DNA from: Candidatus Nanopelagicales bacterium
GTDB taxonomy: Bacteria > Actinomycetota > Actinomycetes > S36-B12 > UBA5976
DNA length: 62,660 bases
Assembly: GCA_016463095.1 (NCBI GenBank)
Contig: JAEMSA010000004.1
Location: 1-62,660 of the forward strand
Direction of reading: 5' to 3'
Positions 1 through 9,476 of the stretch are shown here, piece after piece. A model generated the notes under the pieces. The model searched no databases. It was not told where the DNA came from and worked only from the letters and a program-made list of their open reading frames with translations. A program made the translations under genes and the position numbers. The stretch's first letter is position 1, and every line of letters begins with the position of its first letter.

Positions 1-13
1 TAAACTAATTTTC

Positions 14-673
14 ATGACAGCTCTTGAAAAGAAACCCACAGCATTAATAGTTGATTGGGGTGGAGTGCTCACCAATGGACTTGATCACATGCTTACTAAT
101 TGGACCGGTCAAGAAAATATTGATTTAGACGTTTACTACAAAGTTTTCAATGAGTGGTTAGGACCTGAAGTTGAAAAAGAATTAAGAATAAATCCCATTC
201 ACGCTCTCGAAAAAGGTGAGATGTCTGTACCAGATTTTGAAGTCGAACTAGCTCACGCACTTTTGACACTTGGAAATATCAAAGTTAATCCCACAGGGTT
301 GCTTGACCGAATGTTTCAATTTTTTGAGCATGCACCAGATATGAATGGTTTAGTACATCGTGCTCGAAAGAAAGGAATTAAGACAGCTCTTTTGTCTAAT
401 TCTTGGGGTAATAATTATCCAAGACATGGGTGGGATGACATGTTTGATGAAGTTATTATTTCCGGGGAAGTGGGGATGAGAAAACCCGACGCAGAAATTT
501 ATCACCACACACTTGAATTGTTGAAAGTAAAACCAAATGAATCCGTTTTTGTTGACGATCTAGCACATAACATTAAAGGTGCTGCTGAGTTGGGAATGAT
601 TGGAGTTTTACATGTTGATTACGATTCAACAAAGATGGAACTTGAGGCAATATTTAATGAAAAGCTCGATTAA
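14..673 (+). CDS. HAD-superfamily hydrolase
   Basis: 219-aa ORF. LIVDWGGVL near the N-terminus and VFVDDLAHNIKGAAELGM near the C-terminus fit HAD motifs I and IV. Confidence 0.7.
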   Translation: MTALEKKPTALIVDWGGVLTNGLDHMLTNWTGQENIDLDVYYKVFNEWLGPEVEKELRINPIHALEKGEMSVPDFEVELAHALLTLGNIKVNPTGLLDRMFQFFEHAPDMNGLVHRARKKGIKTALLSNSWGNNYPRHGWDDMFDEVIISGEVGMRKPDAEIYHHTLELLKVKPNESVFVDDLAHNIKGAAELGMIGVLHVDYDSTKMELEAIFNEKLD

Positions 674-1137
674 GCTTTAATCCATTCATTTAGAATAGCA
701 AAATCTTCAGTTAAAGTTTTTTTCCAATATTTGGACACAAATTCTTCAACAAAAGAACTCATCAAGAATATTTTAGAATCAACCACAGACTTAACATTTA
801 CCACCGTCATAGAATTTTCTTCAAAATTTAAGTGTGCTTTTACTGTTGTTTGAATATTTGTTATGGATAACAAAATATCAACAGATTCATCAAGATTAAA
901 ATCCCATTCTTCTAAAATAGAAATAGGGTTTGAAACTAATTTCTGTGCTGACACTGGTATATCAAAATCTATTTGTCGTGAAATATTAAGTTGATCATGC
1001 TTAGAGTTATCACATTCTAATTTCTTTAAACTCTTAGATTTTGCTCTTTCTCTATGAAACTCAACATCTTTTAATGCAGTAATTAATTCATGGACTTTAA
1101 AATCACTGTTAAATGTATCGGTCAAAATTAGAGCCAT
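670..1137 (-). CDS. hypothetical protein
   Basis: 155-aa ORF filling the gap between two supported genes. No TM segments or recognisable motif. 4-nt convergent overlap with the HAD gene. Confidence 0.45.
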   Translation of the reverse strand: MALILTDTFNSDFKVHELITALKDVEFHRERAKSKSLKKLECDNSKHDQLNISRQIDFDIPVSAQKLVSNPISILEEWDFNLDESVDILLSITNIQTTVKAHLNFEENSMTVVNVKSVVDSKIFLMSSFVEEFVSKYWKKTLTEDFAILNEWIKA

Positions 1138-1173
1138 ACCTTCATTTTGCCAGACGTGCGCTAAGTTATTTCC

Positions 1174-2022
1174 ATGGCAGCGTTCTTGGCACTTATCTCA
1201 AGTCTGATGTGGGGAACTGCCGATTTCTTTGGTGGATTCGTATCCAAGAAAATACCTGCAAATAAAGTTCTGGTTTTGTCCTATCCAGTGGGATTACTGT
1301 TCTTACTAATTTATGCAGTTATGCTTCCAGGCGAGATAACTCTCAACGGTTTATTTATTGGCTCACTTGCAGGAGTGGTAGGAATTCTTGCGATGGGAAG
1401 TTTGTATTTAGCTTTAGCGATAGGCCCCATGGGTGTAATGAGTCCAGTTACTGCAGCTTGTTCAACATTAGTTCCCATAGCAATGGGATTAATTGTGGGC
1501 GAGAAATTAAGTTGGATCGCTTGGTTAGGAATTTCAATCGCGATAATTTCAGTAGTTTTGGTGAGTATGGAAACTTCCCCAACCGGTGGAAAATTGGTGG
1601 TAAGTCGAAAAGGCTTATTGTTAGCAATTATTTCAGGGCTCTTGATCGGAACTTTCTTAAGCCTGGTTGGTTTAGCTGCTTCAAATAATGGGATGTGGCC
1701 ACTAGTTTTTGCCAGATTAATGTCATCAATTCTAGTAATTGGATATTTCGTTTACAAAAAATCAGAAAACTTCAGATCAGGTTATGATTCAAATCTTTTT
1801 GCTCTCGTAATTTTGTCGGGAGCACTTGATGCCACAGCCAATGCAGTTTTTGTTTTAGCAACATTCGAAGGATACTTATCTATCGCAGCTGTTATCGCTT
1901 CCTTATATCCGGCTGCCACTGTCATCTTGGCCACAGCATTCTTGAAAGAGAAATTAACTGGTATTCAATTCTTAGGAATAGGCTTAGCCTTCTTTTCTGC
2001 AGGAATTCTTTCCCTAGTTTAA
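1174..2022 (+). CDS. EamA/DMT-family transporter
   Basis: 282 aa and about 10 hydrophobic helices. The N-terminus ALISSLMWGTADFFGG is typical of EamA-domain permeases. Confidence 0.75.
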   Translation: MAAFLALISSLMWGTADFFGGFVSKKIPANKVLVLSYPVGLLFLLIYAVMLPGEITLNGLFIGSLAGVVGILAMGSLYLALAIGPMGVMSPVTAACSTLVPIAMGLIVGEKLSWIAWLGISIAIISVVLVSMETSPTGGKLVVSRKGLLLAIISGLLIGTFLSLVGLAASNNGMWPLVFARLMSSILVIGYFVYKKSENFRSGYDSNLFALVILSGALDATANAVFVLATFEGYLSIAAVIASLYPAATVILATAFLKEKLTGIQFLGIGLAFFSAGILSLV

Positions 2023-2124
2023 AAATAGCTAAATACATCGTCCCAAATCTGGTACGAATTAAACAATAAAAACTACTAATTCTTTGCCAAGTTAAATTAT
2101 AATTCACCTAACAAGGCGGTGCAC

Positions 2125-2967
2125 ATGATCGTTGCTGAGATGTTGCCAGTTGCCAGAACTTTGTTTCGCTCCAAACCAATTGCTAATTCCCGACAAGATC
2201 GAATACTTGGTGCTTTGTTGGGTGCTGCAATTGGTGATGTTATGGGAAGTGCCATAACTGGTTTAACTAAAGAAAATATCAATCAACAATATGGTGAGTG
2301 GGGAATCTGCTCCCCGCCTTATGATTCAGTTGTTTCACACAACTTTCAGCTGACCCTATTTGCCCTAGATGCCCTAATAAATAGCACTCAGAAATCACAA
2401 AAACTTTCTGTTACAGGAATATCTGAGTGTTTACTTAAATGTGCTAAAGAATGGGAAACTGTAGTAAATCACCCCAATCTTTATCACGGCATCAATCATT
2501 TGGCTGATAAAAATAGTGTCTGTACAGATTTTATGAAGAACTATCCGCTGTGGAGATTCAAAAGACCTGGCATTAAAACTATTAATACAAATATTTCAGA
2601 ACAAATAAATCCCATGCTATTAGCACTTCTGTTATGCGCTAACCATAAAACCGTATATGAAGTATCTATTAATTTGACAAATACTCTAGGAATCCCAGTC
2701 ACCCAATTAGATTTCTCAATTTTTCCACCATTGCTTATTAGCTATGAAACAGTCACAAAGGCCAATAAGATTTCTGGTTTAAATGAAATGCGCAAACAAA
2801 TCAATCAATCTGAAAACCCAGCTCTAATAGGGATGATGGCAGGATTTGAACATGGAGCTAAATATGGCATAAATGCTTTCAAGCAAATTTGGTATTTAAG
2901 AATTGATGCTATGAGTTTAAGTGAACAGATGGGCTGGAAAGTGGGCAGAAATATTAAGAGTTTTTAA
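2125..2967 (+). CDS. ADP-ribosylglycohydrolase-like protein (divergent)
   Basis: RILGALLGAAIGDVMGS matches the N-terminal ARH/DraG signature. The ATG at 2125 has AAGG about 8 nt upstream; the ORF track starts at GTG 2119. The C-terminal metal motif looks degenerate. Confidence 0.6.
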   Translation: MIVAEMLPVARTLFRSKPIANSRQDRILGALLGAAIGDVMGSAITGLTKENINQQYGEWGICSPPYDSVVSHNFQLTLFALDALINSTQKSQKLSVTGISECLLKCAKEWETVVNHPNLYHGINHLADKNSVCTDFMKNYPLWRFKRPGIKTINTNISEQINPMLLALLLCANHKTVYEVSINLTNTLGIPVTQLDFSIFPPLLISYETVTKANKISGLNEMRKQINQSENPALIGMMAGFEHGAKYGINAFKQIWYLRIDAMSLSEQMGWKVGRNIKSF

Positions 2968-3697
2968 TAAATAAATAAATTGAGGCAATCACGGCAACAA
3001 ACAAAATGATTATTCTAAAGTAGGAAGCATCAAGTTTCTGAGCAAATCGTCCTCCTAAAATTCCTCCTAGAATTGAGCCAATGGCAACTGAAATTGCAGT
3101 TTCCCAAACAACTAAACCAGAAAATACAAACAGCAATGCTGCTATGGCATTACCGGTTCCGGAACCAAGATTTTTTATTCCGTTTGCTTGTTGAATATTT
3201 GATAATCCAGCTATTCCAAATATGGCCAGTAGTACTACTCCGGTGCCGGCACCAAAGTATCCGACATAGATTCCTGCCACAACAAACCCAGGAATTATTA
3301 CTTTGTAGTTTAGTTTGTAACTGTTTTTGGGAAATAATTTATAAACTAAAGGTTGAATTGCGATCAAAATACCAGCACCACCAATCAGGAATGGCACAAT
3401 CAATTCAAAATTTCTTTCTGGTAGAAGTAGCAGCAATAAAGCGCCAATAATTGAAAAAATCGGCATCAACACCACTGCTATTAAAGCTAGTTGTTTTTGT
3501 TCTTTTAAAACCTTTCGATAAGTCCAACTACCTGCGAGTGATCCTGGAAAAACACCAACTGCCGCAGTCACATTTGCCACTAAAGGGGAAAGTCCTAATG
3601 CAACCAAAGTTGGAAAAACAATTAAAGTACCACCACCAGCAACAACATTAAGAAAGCCACTTGCCATACCTGCAAGTAGTGCTACAAATAAATCCAT
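2954..3697 (-). CDS. TauE/SafE-family anion (sulfite) exporter
   Basis: 247-aa polytopic membrane protein. The N-terminus GFLNVVAGGGTLIVFPTLVALGL is typical of the TauE/SafE family. Confidence 0.75.
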   Translation of the reverse strand: MDLFVALLAGMASGFLNVVAGGGTLIVFPTLVALGLSPLVANVTAAVGVFPGSLAGSWTYRKVLKEQKQLALIAVVLMPIFSIIGALLLLLLPERNFELIVPFLIGGAGILIAIQPLVYKLFPKNSYKLNYKVIIPGFVVAGIYVGYFGAGTGVVLLAIFGIAGLSNIQQANGIKNLGSGTGNAIAALLFVFSGLVVWETAISVAIGSILGGILGGRFAQKLDASYFRIIILFVAVIASIYLFIKNS

Positions 3698-3700
3698 TAA

Positions 3701-4279
3701 TTATTTATTAATTAAACGCCAAGAAATTGGTAGTAAAGATGCAGCTAGGCAAGCTTTGATTGCATCACCAATTAGGAATGGAACTACTCCATTTAACAGC
3801 GCGTAATAAAAACCTTTTTCTGTATAAATAGCTAACCAGGTTGCACCCATGGCATAAATGATCAAACTTCCTACCAAGTAGCCAAGTAAAACACCTTGAA
3901 ATCTTTTGGTAGTGATTCTGCTGGCAAGTTTTCCAACAACAAAACTTGCTAACAAGAAAGCGAAAAGGTATCCAGCTGTCGCACCAAAAATTGCTTCGAT
4001 GCCACCTCTATCACCAGCTAACACAGGTAAACCAAGTGCTGCTAAAGATAAATAGGCAAATTGTGCAATCAATGATTTAAACGGTCCGATTGCTGCAGCA
4101 CCAAAAAGTATTGCAAAAGTTTGCATAGTTAAAGGCACGGGAGTAAAGGGAAGGGGAATTATAACTTGAGCACTTAAAACAGTTATGGCTGTTAAAGCAG
4201 AAATTTGAGCTAAAGCTGAAGTACGAGTTTTGTGCCAGATGGAATCAACGATGAATGGCGATGCGCTAAGTGTTGTCAT
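3701..4279 (-). CDS. bioY: biotin transporter BioY (solitary S-component)
   Basis: 192 aa. IIPLPFTPVPLTMQTFAILFGAAAIGP is the BioY signature region. No bioMN genes lie adjacent. Confidence 0.8.
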   Translation of the reverse strand: MTTLSASPFIVDSIWHKTRTSALAQISALTAITVLSAQVIIPLPFTPVPLTMQTFAILFGAAAIGPFKSLIAQFAYLSLAALGLPVLAGDRGGIEAIFGATAGYLFAFLLASFVVGKLASRITTKRFQGVLLGYLVGSLIIYAMGATWLAIYTEKGFYYALLNGVVPFLIGDAIKACLAASLLPISWRLINK

Positions 4280-4306
4280 TTTATCTCCCTAGGTGGATTA
4301 CTTATG

Positions 4307-5245
4307 TTACCAAGTTACTTCGTGGCGATGAGGAGGATTAGCGCCTTGTCTCGAACAAGTTATGGATGCAGTCAAAGCAGAGTTACTCAGGATCTGTGCT
4401 AAATCTGTTTTATTCAATTTGGATAGTGAAGTTTCATCAAATATTTGTTTTTCCAAAATTTGAGTTATTAAAGCAGCAGCAAAGGTATCACCTGCGCCAA
4501 TGGTGTCTGTGACGTTAATTTCAGGAGTGGAGACTTCAATAAATTCTTGTTCTCTATTAATAGCAAATGCTCCATCTTTTCCTAAAGTTACAACAACAAG
4601 TACTGCCCCATTTTTGAGTATTTCTAGTGCTGAATCTTGCGGAGATTTATCAGGATTTATCCACCGCAGATCTTCATCGCTAGCTTTCACCACGTGGGCA
4701 AGACTTGTTAAAATTTTGGCACGATTTCTAACTGCTGTTTCTGTTTGACCATCTAAGGGATGTCTAATGTTTGGGTCAAAAGTTAGCAAATATTTGCCAG
4801 ATTCTCTTAAGTGAGAAAACCACTTTTCAACATTGCTTGCCCCAGGTTCAATGTAGGAAGTCAGTGAACCTAGTTGAATAATTTTTATATCGTTATCAAA
4901 ATCTTTCTTCAATTCCTCAGTCGTCCAGCCAAAGTCAGCTGCCCCTGTTAGTACAGCCTCATATTTTGGAGTTCCATCTTTTTGAATGATTGCATCAATT
5001 ACCGATGAAGGTTCTTCTACAATTAAAGAATAATCTAAATTGATATTTTGATTAGTCAAGTAATTTCTTATTTCTATCCCAAAATTATCTTTTGATGTTC
5101 TGGCTTTCATGAAAGTTTTAACGCCAAGTCGCGCCAGTGCAACAGCTGTATTGGCAGGAGATCCACCAGGGATATTTTTTATTCCACCATCGATGCCGTG
5201 CACGACATCTATGAGTGCTTCACCGATTACTAGAACACTGGGCAT
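4307..5245 (-). CDS. PfkB-family carbohydrate kinase (fructokinase-like)
   Basis: 312 aa. It has the N-terminal GEALIDV..PGGSPANTAVALARLG region and the C-terminal DTIGAGDTFAAAL PfkB signature. Confidence 0.85.
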   Translation of the reverse strand: MPSVLVIGEALIDVVHGIDGGIKNIPGGSPANTAVALARLGVKTFMKARTSKDNFGIEIRNYLTNQNINLDYSLIVEEPSSVIDAIIQKDGTPKYEAVLTGAADFGWTTEELKKDFDNDIKIIQLGSLTSYIEPGASNVEKWFSHLRESGKYLLTFDPNIRHPLDGQTETAVRNRAKILTSLAHVVKASDEDLRWINPDKSPQDSALEILKNGAVLVVVTLGKDGAFAINREQEFIEVSTPEINVTDTIGAGDTFAAALITQILEKQIFDETSLSKLNKTDLAQILSNSALTASITCSRQGANPPHRHEVTW

Positions 5246-5270
5246 TATCTAACCGATTATGCCTAGTTAA

Positions 5271-6086
5271 TTATCGGCTTTGTCTAAACCTGGAAATCAG
5301 TTTTACTACAACTACAACAATCAATACAGTGATTATCCAAGGGATAAAATAGCCTAAAATTGAGGTGAGGCTGGCTGCAGCATTTAATAGAGCCACAAAT
5401 CCCTTTTCAATTCCAGCCACGAAACCAATTGGCTTAATTGCGCTAAAAGAATCATTTGGAAGTAAAGCTAAATAGATAACTGACATATCAACTTGTTCTG
5501 ATAAATATTTCAATTGAGCAGTCAAACTATCTAATTCTGCTTGCCTTTCTGCAAGCGCAGTTTCGGCAGCAATGAGATCAGAGGTGTTAGTCGCTGCGGA
5601 GATGAGTTGTTTAAAACGATCTATAGAAGTAGTTAACGCCAAAACACGAGCATCAAGGTCCACTTTTTGTAAGGTCACATCAGTTGCCGATATCGATGAT
5701 GATTCAACATCACCTAAATCTTTGAATGATTGAAGTGCTTTCTCCAAATTTGCAGATGGAACTCTGATTGTTAAATTGGCACTTAGTGATTCGTCACTGC
5801 CAGGATTTTTATATTGAGAAGAGTCATCGACTCGACCTTTAAATTGAGTTGCCAAATCTTGAGCCTGGGTGATTGCTTTTTCTACATTCTTAACCCTGAT
5901 ACTTAAAGAAGAAGTTTTAATAATTGATCGATCTAGAGCAGTTTTGTTTTCAACCATCATGTCGCCTGTTGCAGGTGCAGAACTAAGGGAAGAGTCAGAC
6001 ATTCCCATTGAATTTGTTGCCGATCCACAAGCAGTTAACGCCAGAGATCCAATTAATGAAATGGATATTAATACTTTCTTAAACAA
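5271..6086 (-). CDS. DUF4349-like lipoprotein
   Basis: Signal peptide with lipobox LTAC, a central coiled-coil region and a C-terminal TM helix. This architecture is typical of DUF4349. Confidence 0.6.
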   Translation of the reverse strand: MFKKVLISISLIGSLALTACGSATNSMGMSDSSLSSAPATGDMMVENKTALDRSIIKTSSLSIRVKNVEKAITQAQDLATQFKGRVDDSSQYKNPGSDESLSANLTIRVPSANLEKALQSFKDLGDVESSSISATDVTLQKVDLDARVLALTTSIDRFKQLISAATNTSDLIAAETALAERQAELDSLTAQLKYLSEQVDMSVIYLALLPNDSFSAIKPIGFVAGIEKGFVALLNAAASLTSILGYFIPWIITVLIVVVVVKLISRFRQSR

Positions 6087-6277
6087 TTTTTCTCCAAGAT
6101 TTGACTCGTATTTCTACTATATCTCTAGATAAATTGATTGTCTTTAACTTTGAATATCGGCACAGCAGTCAAAGGGGAAGTTCACCCCTGAGGTGCTTAA
6201 CATCTCATGGTCCACCGCCACAATTTTACAGTCGTGTTTTGAAATTAAACTTCCTCCGGCGTAGTCTTAGGAGCACC

Positions 6278-6673
6278 ATGGTGAATCAAAATATTGATTG
6301 GGAACTGCTTCGTAGTGAAGCAAAAAAAGCCCAAAAGAATGCTTATGCAAATTACTCAAAATTTCCAGTGGGTGCCGCTGCACTAGTCGATGATGGTCGA
6401 ATCGTTTCTGGTTGCAATGTTGAAAACGCATCCTATGGTTTAACGCTTTGTGCTGAATGTGGATTAGTTTCACAACTTGCTTTAACTGGCGGAGGAAGAC
6501 TGGTTGCATTCTCTTGTGTGGGACCTGAACCTGGAATTTTGCTACCTTGTGGCAGATGTCGCCAATTGTTACAAGAACATGGTGGCGGGGAATTAATAAT
6601 TGATCACAACGATGGTCCAAAGAAGTTAAAGGAATTACTACCGGATGCATTTGATGGAAGTCATTTAAAATAA
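6278..6673 (+). CDS. cdd: cytidine deaminase
   Basis: Zinc motifs CAECG and PCGRCRQ are present. The conserved N-terminus starts at ATG 6278 (MVNQNIDWELL..). The 59 upstream codons of the 6101 ORF look non-coding. Confidence 0.9.
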   Translation: MVNQNIDWELLRSEAKKAQKNAYANYSKFPVGAAALVDDGRIVSGCNVENASYGLTLCAECGLVSQLALTGGGRLVAFSCVGPEPGILLPCGRCRQLLQEHGGGELIIDHNDGPKKLKELLPDAFDGSHLK

Positions 6674-7414
6674 ATGAAAGAACCATTAGGAATAATTGCT
6701 GGAACAGGTTTTTATTCAATCTCAGCTTTAAAAAATCCTGAAGTTAAAGTAATTGAAACAAAATATGGTCAAGCCCAAGTAACTAAAGGTACTTGGCATG
6801 ATCGAATAACTTACTTTTTAACCAGACATGGCACTAAGCATTCTGTTCCACCGCACAAAGTTAACTACCGAGCAAATATTCAAGCCTTAGTTGATTTAGG
6901 GGTTAAAGATGTTCTGGCAGTAAATGTTTGCGGCGGAATAGATGAAAATGTTCCGGTAGGTGGTTTACAAGTAGTTGATGATTTTATTGATTTTACAAAA
7001 AACAGAATTTCTACCTTCTTTGACGGGGAAGAAGGAGTAAATCATGTTGACATGACAAACCCTTATAACCAGGATTTAAGAAATGTACTTATCAAGAGTT
7101 GTAAGAATCTAAATATTTCCATTTCTGAGGGTGGAATTTATGGTGGTTTTGAAGGTCCAAGATTTGAAACAAAAGCTGAAATTCAAATGGCCAAACAAAT
7201 GGGTGTAACCATGGTGGGAATGACAGGTGTTCCTGAAGTTGTTTTAGCTGTTGAAAAAGGATTGAGATATGCAGCAATTTGTATTGTGGCAAATCCTGCT
7301 GCAGGATTAAGCAACGAAGAAATAACTATGGAAGATGTGCAAAAAGTGGTAGAAACCTCCGCTGCTCAAGTAGTTCAAGTTCTTGATGAAGCTACAAAGA
7401 TTTTGGCGCAATAA
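6674..7414 (+). CDS. MTAP-family nucleoside phosphorylase (methylthioadenosine/methylthioinosine phosphorylase-like)
   Basis: IIAGTGFY, FLTRHGTKHSVPPHKVNYRANIQAL and GPRFETKAE match the MTAP/PNP family-2 pattern. The start abuts the cdd stop. Confidence 0.85.
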   Translation: MKEPLGIIAGTGFYSISALKNPEVKVIETKYGQAQVTKGTWHDRITYFLTRHGTKHSVPPHKVNYRANIQALVDLGVKDVLAVNVCGGIDENVPVGGLQVVDDFIDFTKNRISTFFDGEEGVNHVDMTNPYNQDLRNVLIKSCKNLNISISEGGIYGGFEGPRFETKAEIQMAKQMGVTMVGMTGVPEVVLAVEKGLRYAAICIVANPAAGLSNEEITMEDVQKVVETSAAQVVQVLDEATKILAQ

Positions 7415-7416
7415 CT

Positions 7417-8724
7417 ATGGCAACTCAAGTTGATTTAATTCTTCATAATGCTCAATATGTAGTTGTAGTTGATGTACAAGCGTCAGTTTTAAGAAATGTA
7501 AGTATTGCTGTAAAGGATGAGAAAATATTTGGCATTGTGCCAATTGATCAAGAAAATCAATGGCAATCCAGCAAAGTTATAGATTGTTCACACCATTTAG
7601 TAATGCCAGGTCTTATTAATACTCACACTCATACACCAATGACACTTTTACGAGGAGTCGCTGAAGATGTTGATTTGCAAGGTTTCTTAGAAAAAGTGTG
7701 GGCTGAAGAAGCAAGAATTATGGATGAAAAAGGAACTTATATTGGTGCCAAATTAGGAGCATTAGAAGCTTTACTTGGTGGCACAACTTGCACATTAGAT
7801 ATGTATTTGCATCCGCACATGGCACATAAAGGTGCTGTTGAAGTTGGGTTAAGACATTTAATTGGTCCAGTATTTTTTGATTTTGCAGGTCCAGATGGAC
7901 TGGAATGGGATAAAAGAATTGAGCATTTAAGAAATTGGCCCAAAGTTATCAAAGAAATCGGTGGAGCGTATGCACCGCTAGTGGCTCAACCACATTCGAC
8001 TTACACAGTTTCCCCAGAACATTTAGCTGAAGTTGCGAAGGTGGCTAAAGAAATAGGAGCAATTTTTAATACTCATATTTCTGAGAATCAAGCCGAAAAT
8101 GAAGATGTAATAAAACGACATGGTAAAACTCCCACAAAAGTATTGCAAGACGCCCAAGCTTTGGATAACGCAGTTTTTGCTCACGCAGTTAAATTAACTG
8201 ATGACGATAGAAACATTATTAAAGAAAATAAGGTCAGTCTTTCTCACTGTCCTGGTTCCAATCTAAAACTTGCCAGTGGTGCCTTTGAGTGGGTAAAAGC
8301 CAAAGAAAAAGGAATAAATGTTTCACTGGGAACAGATGGTTGTTCATCAAGTAACGATTTAGATATGTGGAATGTAATGAGATCAGCAGCAAACTTAGCT
8401 CGCCTAATTACAGAAGATGCCGCAGCAATTCCAGTAGCTGAAGTTGTTAGAGCAGCAACTTATGGCGGAGCACTAGCTCTTGGAATGCAAGATCGAATCG
8501 GAACCGTTGAAGTTGGCAAGGACGCAGACTTAATTGTGTTAGATCTTGATCAACCACATCTTGTCCCAGTGGGAGACCCACACGGATTACTTGTTTATGC
8601 CGCTGGTCGAAGTGATGTGGTGCACGTCTTAGTCGCAGGAGATCCTGTAATTGTGGACCGAATTTCTACCAAAGTTGATATGAATCAAGTAATAAGTGAA
8701 GCCAGAATTCATAGTGCCAAATGA
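7417..8724 (+). CDS. amidohydrolase, MtaD/DadD-like nucleoside deaminase
   Basis: MPGLINTHTHTPMTLLRG carries the HxH metal motif, and HISENQAE and GTDG fit the same family. The pattern is typical of 5-methylthioadenosine/SAH deaminase-type amidohydrolases. Confidence 0.8.
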   Translation: MATQVDLILHNAQYVVVVDVQASVLRNVSIAVKDEKIFGIVPIDQENQWQSSKVIDCSHHLVMPGLINTHTHTPMTLLRGVAEDVDLQGFLEKVWAEEARIMDEKGTYIGAKLGALEALLGGTTCTLDMYLHPHMAHKGAVEVGLRHLIGPVFFDFAGPDGLEWDKRIEHLRNWPKVIKEIGGAYAPLVAQPHSTYTVSPEHLAEVAKVAKEIGAIFNTHISENQAENEDVIKRHGKTPTKVLQDAQALDNAVFAHAVKLTDDDRNIIKENKVSLSHCPGSNLKLASGAFEWVKAKEKGINVSLGTDGCSSSNDLDMWNVMRSAANLARLITEDAAAIPVAEVVRAATYGGALALGMQDRIGTVEVGKDADLIVLDLDQPHLVPVGDPHGLLVYAAGRSDVVHVLVAGDPVIVDRISTKVDMNQVISEARIHSAK

Positions 8725-9476
8725 CAAATAGATTCAGCAACAAAGTTGCCCTTGTTACAGGTGCTAGTTCTGGTTTAGGTAAAGAAATTGCCTTGCAATT
8801 AGCAAACGAAGGCGCCCAAGTTGTGGTTCATTACAACAATAATAAAAAAGGCGCAGCAGAAGTTGTGGCCCAAATTGAACAAAAAGGTGGAAAAGCTTTC
8901 AGTGTTCAAAGTGATTTATCAACTGGAAATCTTGATTTAGTTGCAGAGAAATTAGTATCCGAAGTATTAAAGCAGGTTTCTACAATTGATTATTTAGTTA
9001 ATAATGCAGCTGATCAAAGTCTAGATCCCTCAGATCCAATGGATGAGAAAGTCATGAATTCAATCATGTTCACAAACGTCTTGGCTCCACAAGCAATTGT
9101 TAAAGCCTGTTTAAATATTTTTAAACCAGGAAATGCGATTGTAAATATTACCTCCATAGAAGCAGAGCACCCCTTTCCAAATCACTCTTTGTATGCCTCA
9201 AGTAAAGCTGCCTTAACTCGATACACAGAATTAGCAGCTGTTGAATTAGCAGCATTAGGTGTTAGATGTAACGCAGTTGCTCCAGGTTTAGTTGATCGAG
9301 ATGGATTAGATAAATCTTGGCCAGAAGGTTTAAAGAAATGGAATGAAAGATCTCCCATGAAAAGACCTGTCAGTGCCAGTGAAGTGACTAAGTCTGTTTT
9401 GTTCCTATTAAGTGATGAGGCATCAGGGGTAACAGGAATTTCTGTTAGCGTTGATGGTGGTTGGAGTGTGGCATGA
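8721..9476 (+). CDS. SDR-family oxidoreductase
   Basis: TGASSGLGKEIA Rossmann motif, NNAA, and a catalytic Ser...YASSK tetrad. 4-nt overlap with the upstream gene. Confidence 0.85.
   Translation: MTNRFSNKVALVTGASSGLGKEIALQLANEGAQVVVHYNNNKKGAAEVVAQIEQKGGKAFSVQSDLSTGNLDLVAEKLVSEVLKQVSTIDYLVNNAADQSLDPSDPMDEKVMNSIMFTNVLAPQAIVKACLNIFKPGNAIVNITSIEAEHPFPNHSLYASSKAALTRYTELAAVELAALGVRCNAVAPGLVDRDGLDKSWPEGLKKWNERSPMKRPVSASEVTKSVLFLLSDEASGVTGISVSVDGGWSVA

Noticed and set aside
6101-6277. N-terminal 59-codon extension of cdd in the ORF track
   Set aside because: The extension has no similarity to cytidine deaminases. The conserved N-terminus starts at ATG 6278, preceded by GGAG, and the extension runs across the divergent promoter region.
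6267-6719. 150-aa minus-strand ORF
   Set aside because: It is antisense to cdd and to the start of the MTAP-like gene, with a His/Gln/Leu-rich nonsense-like composition.
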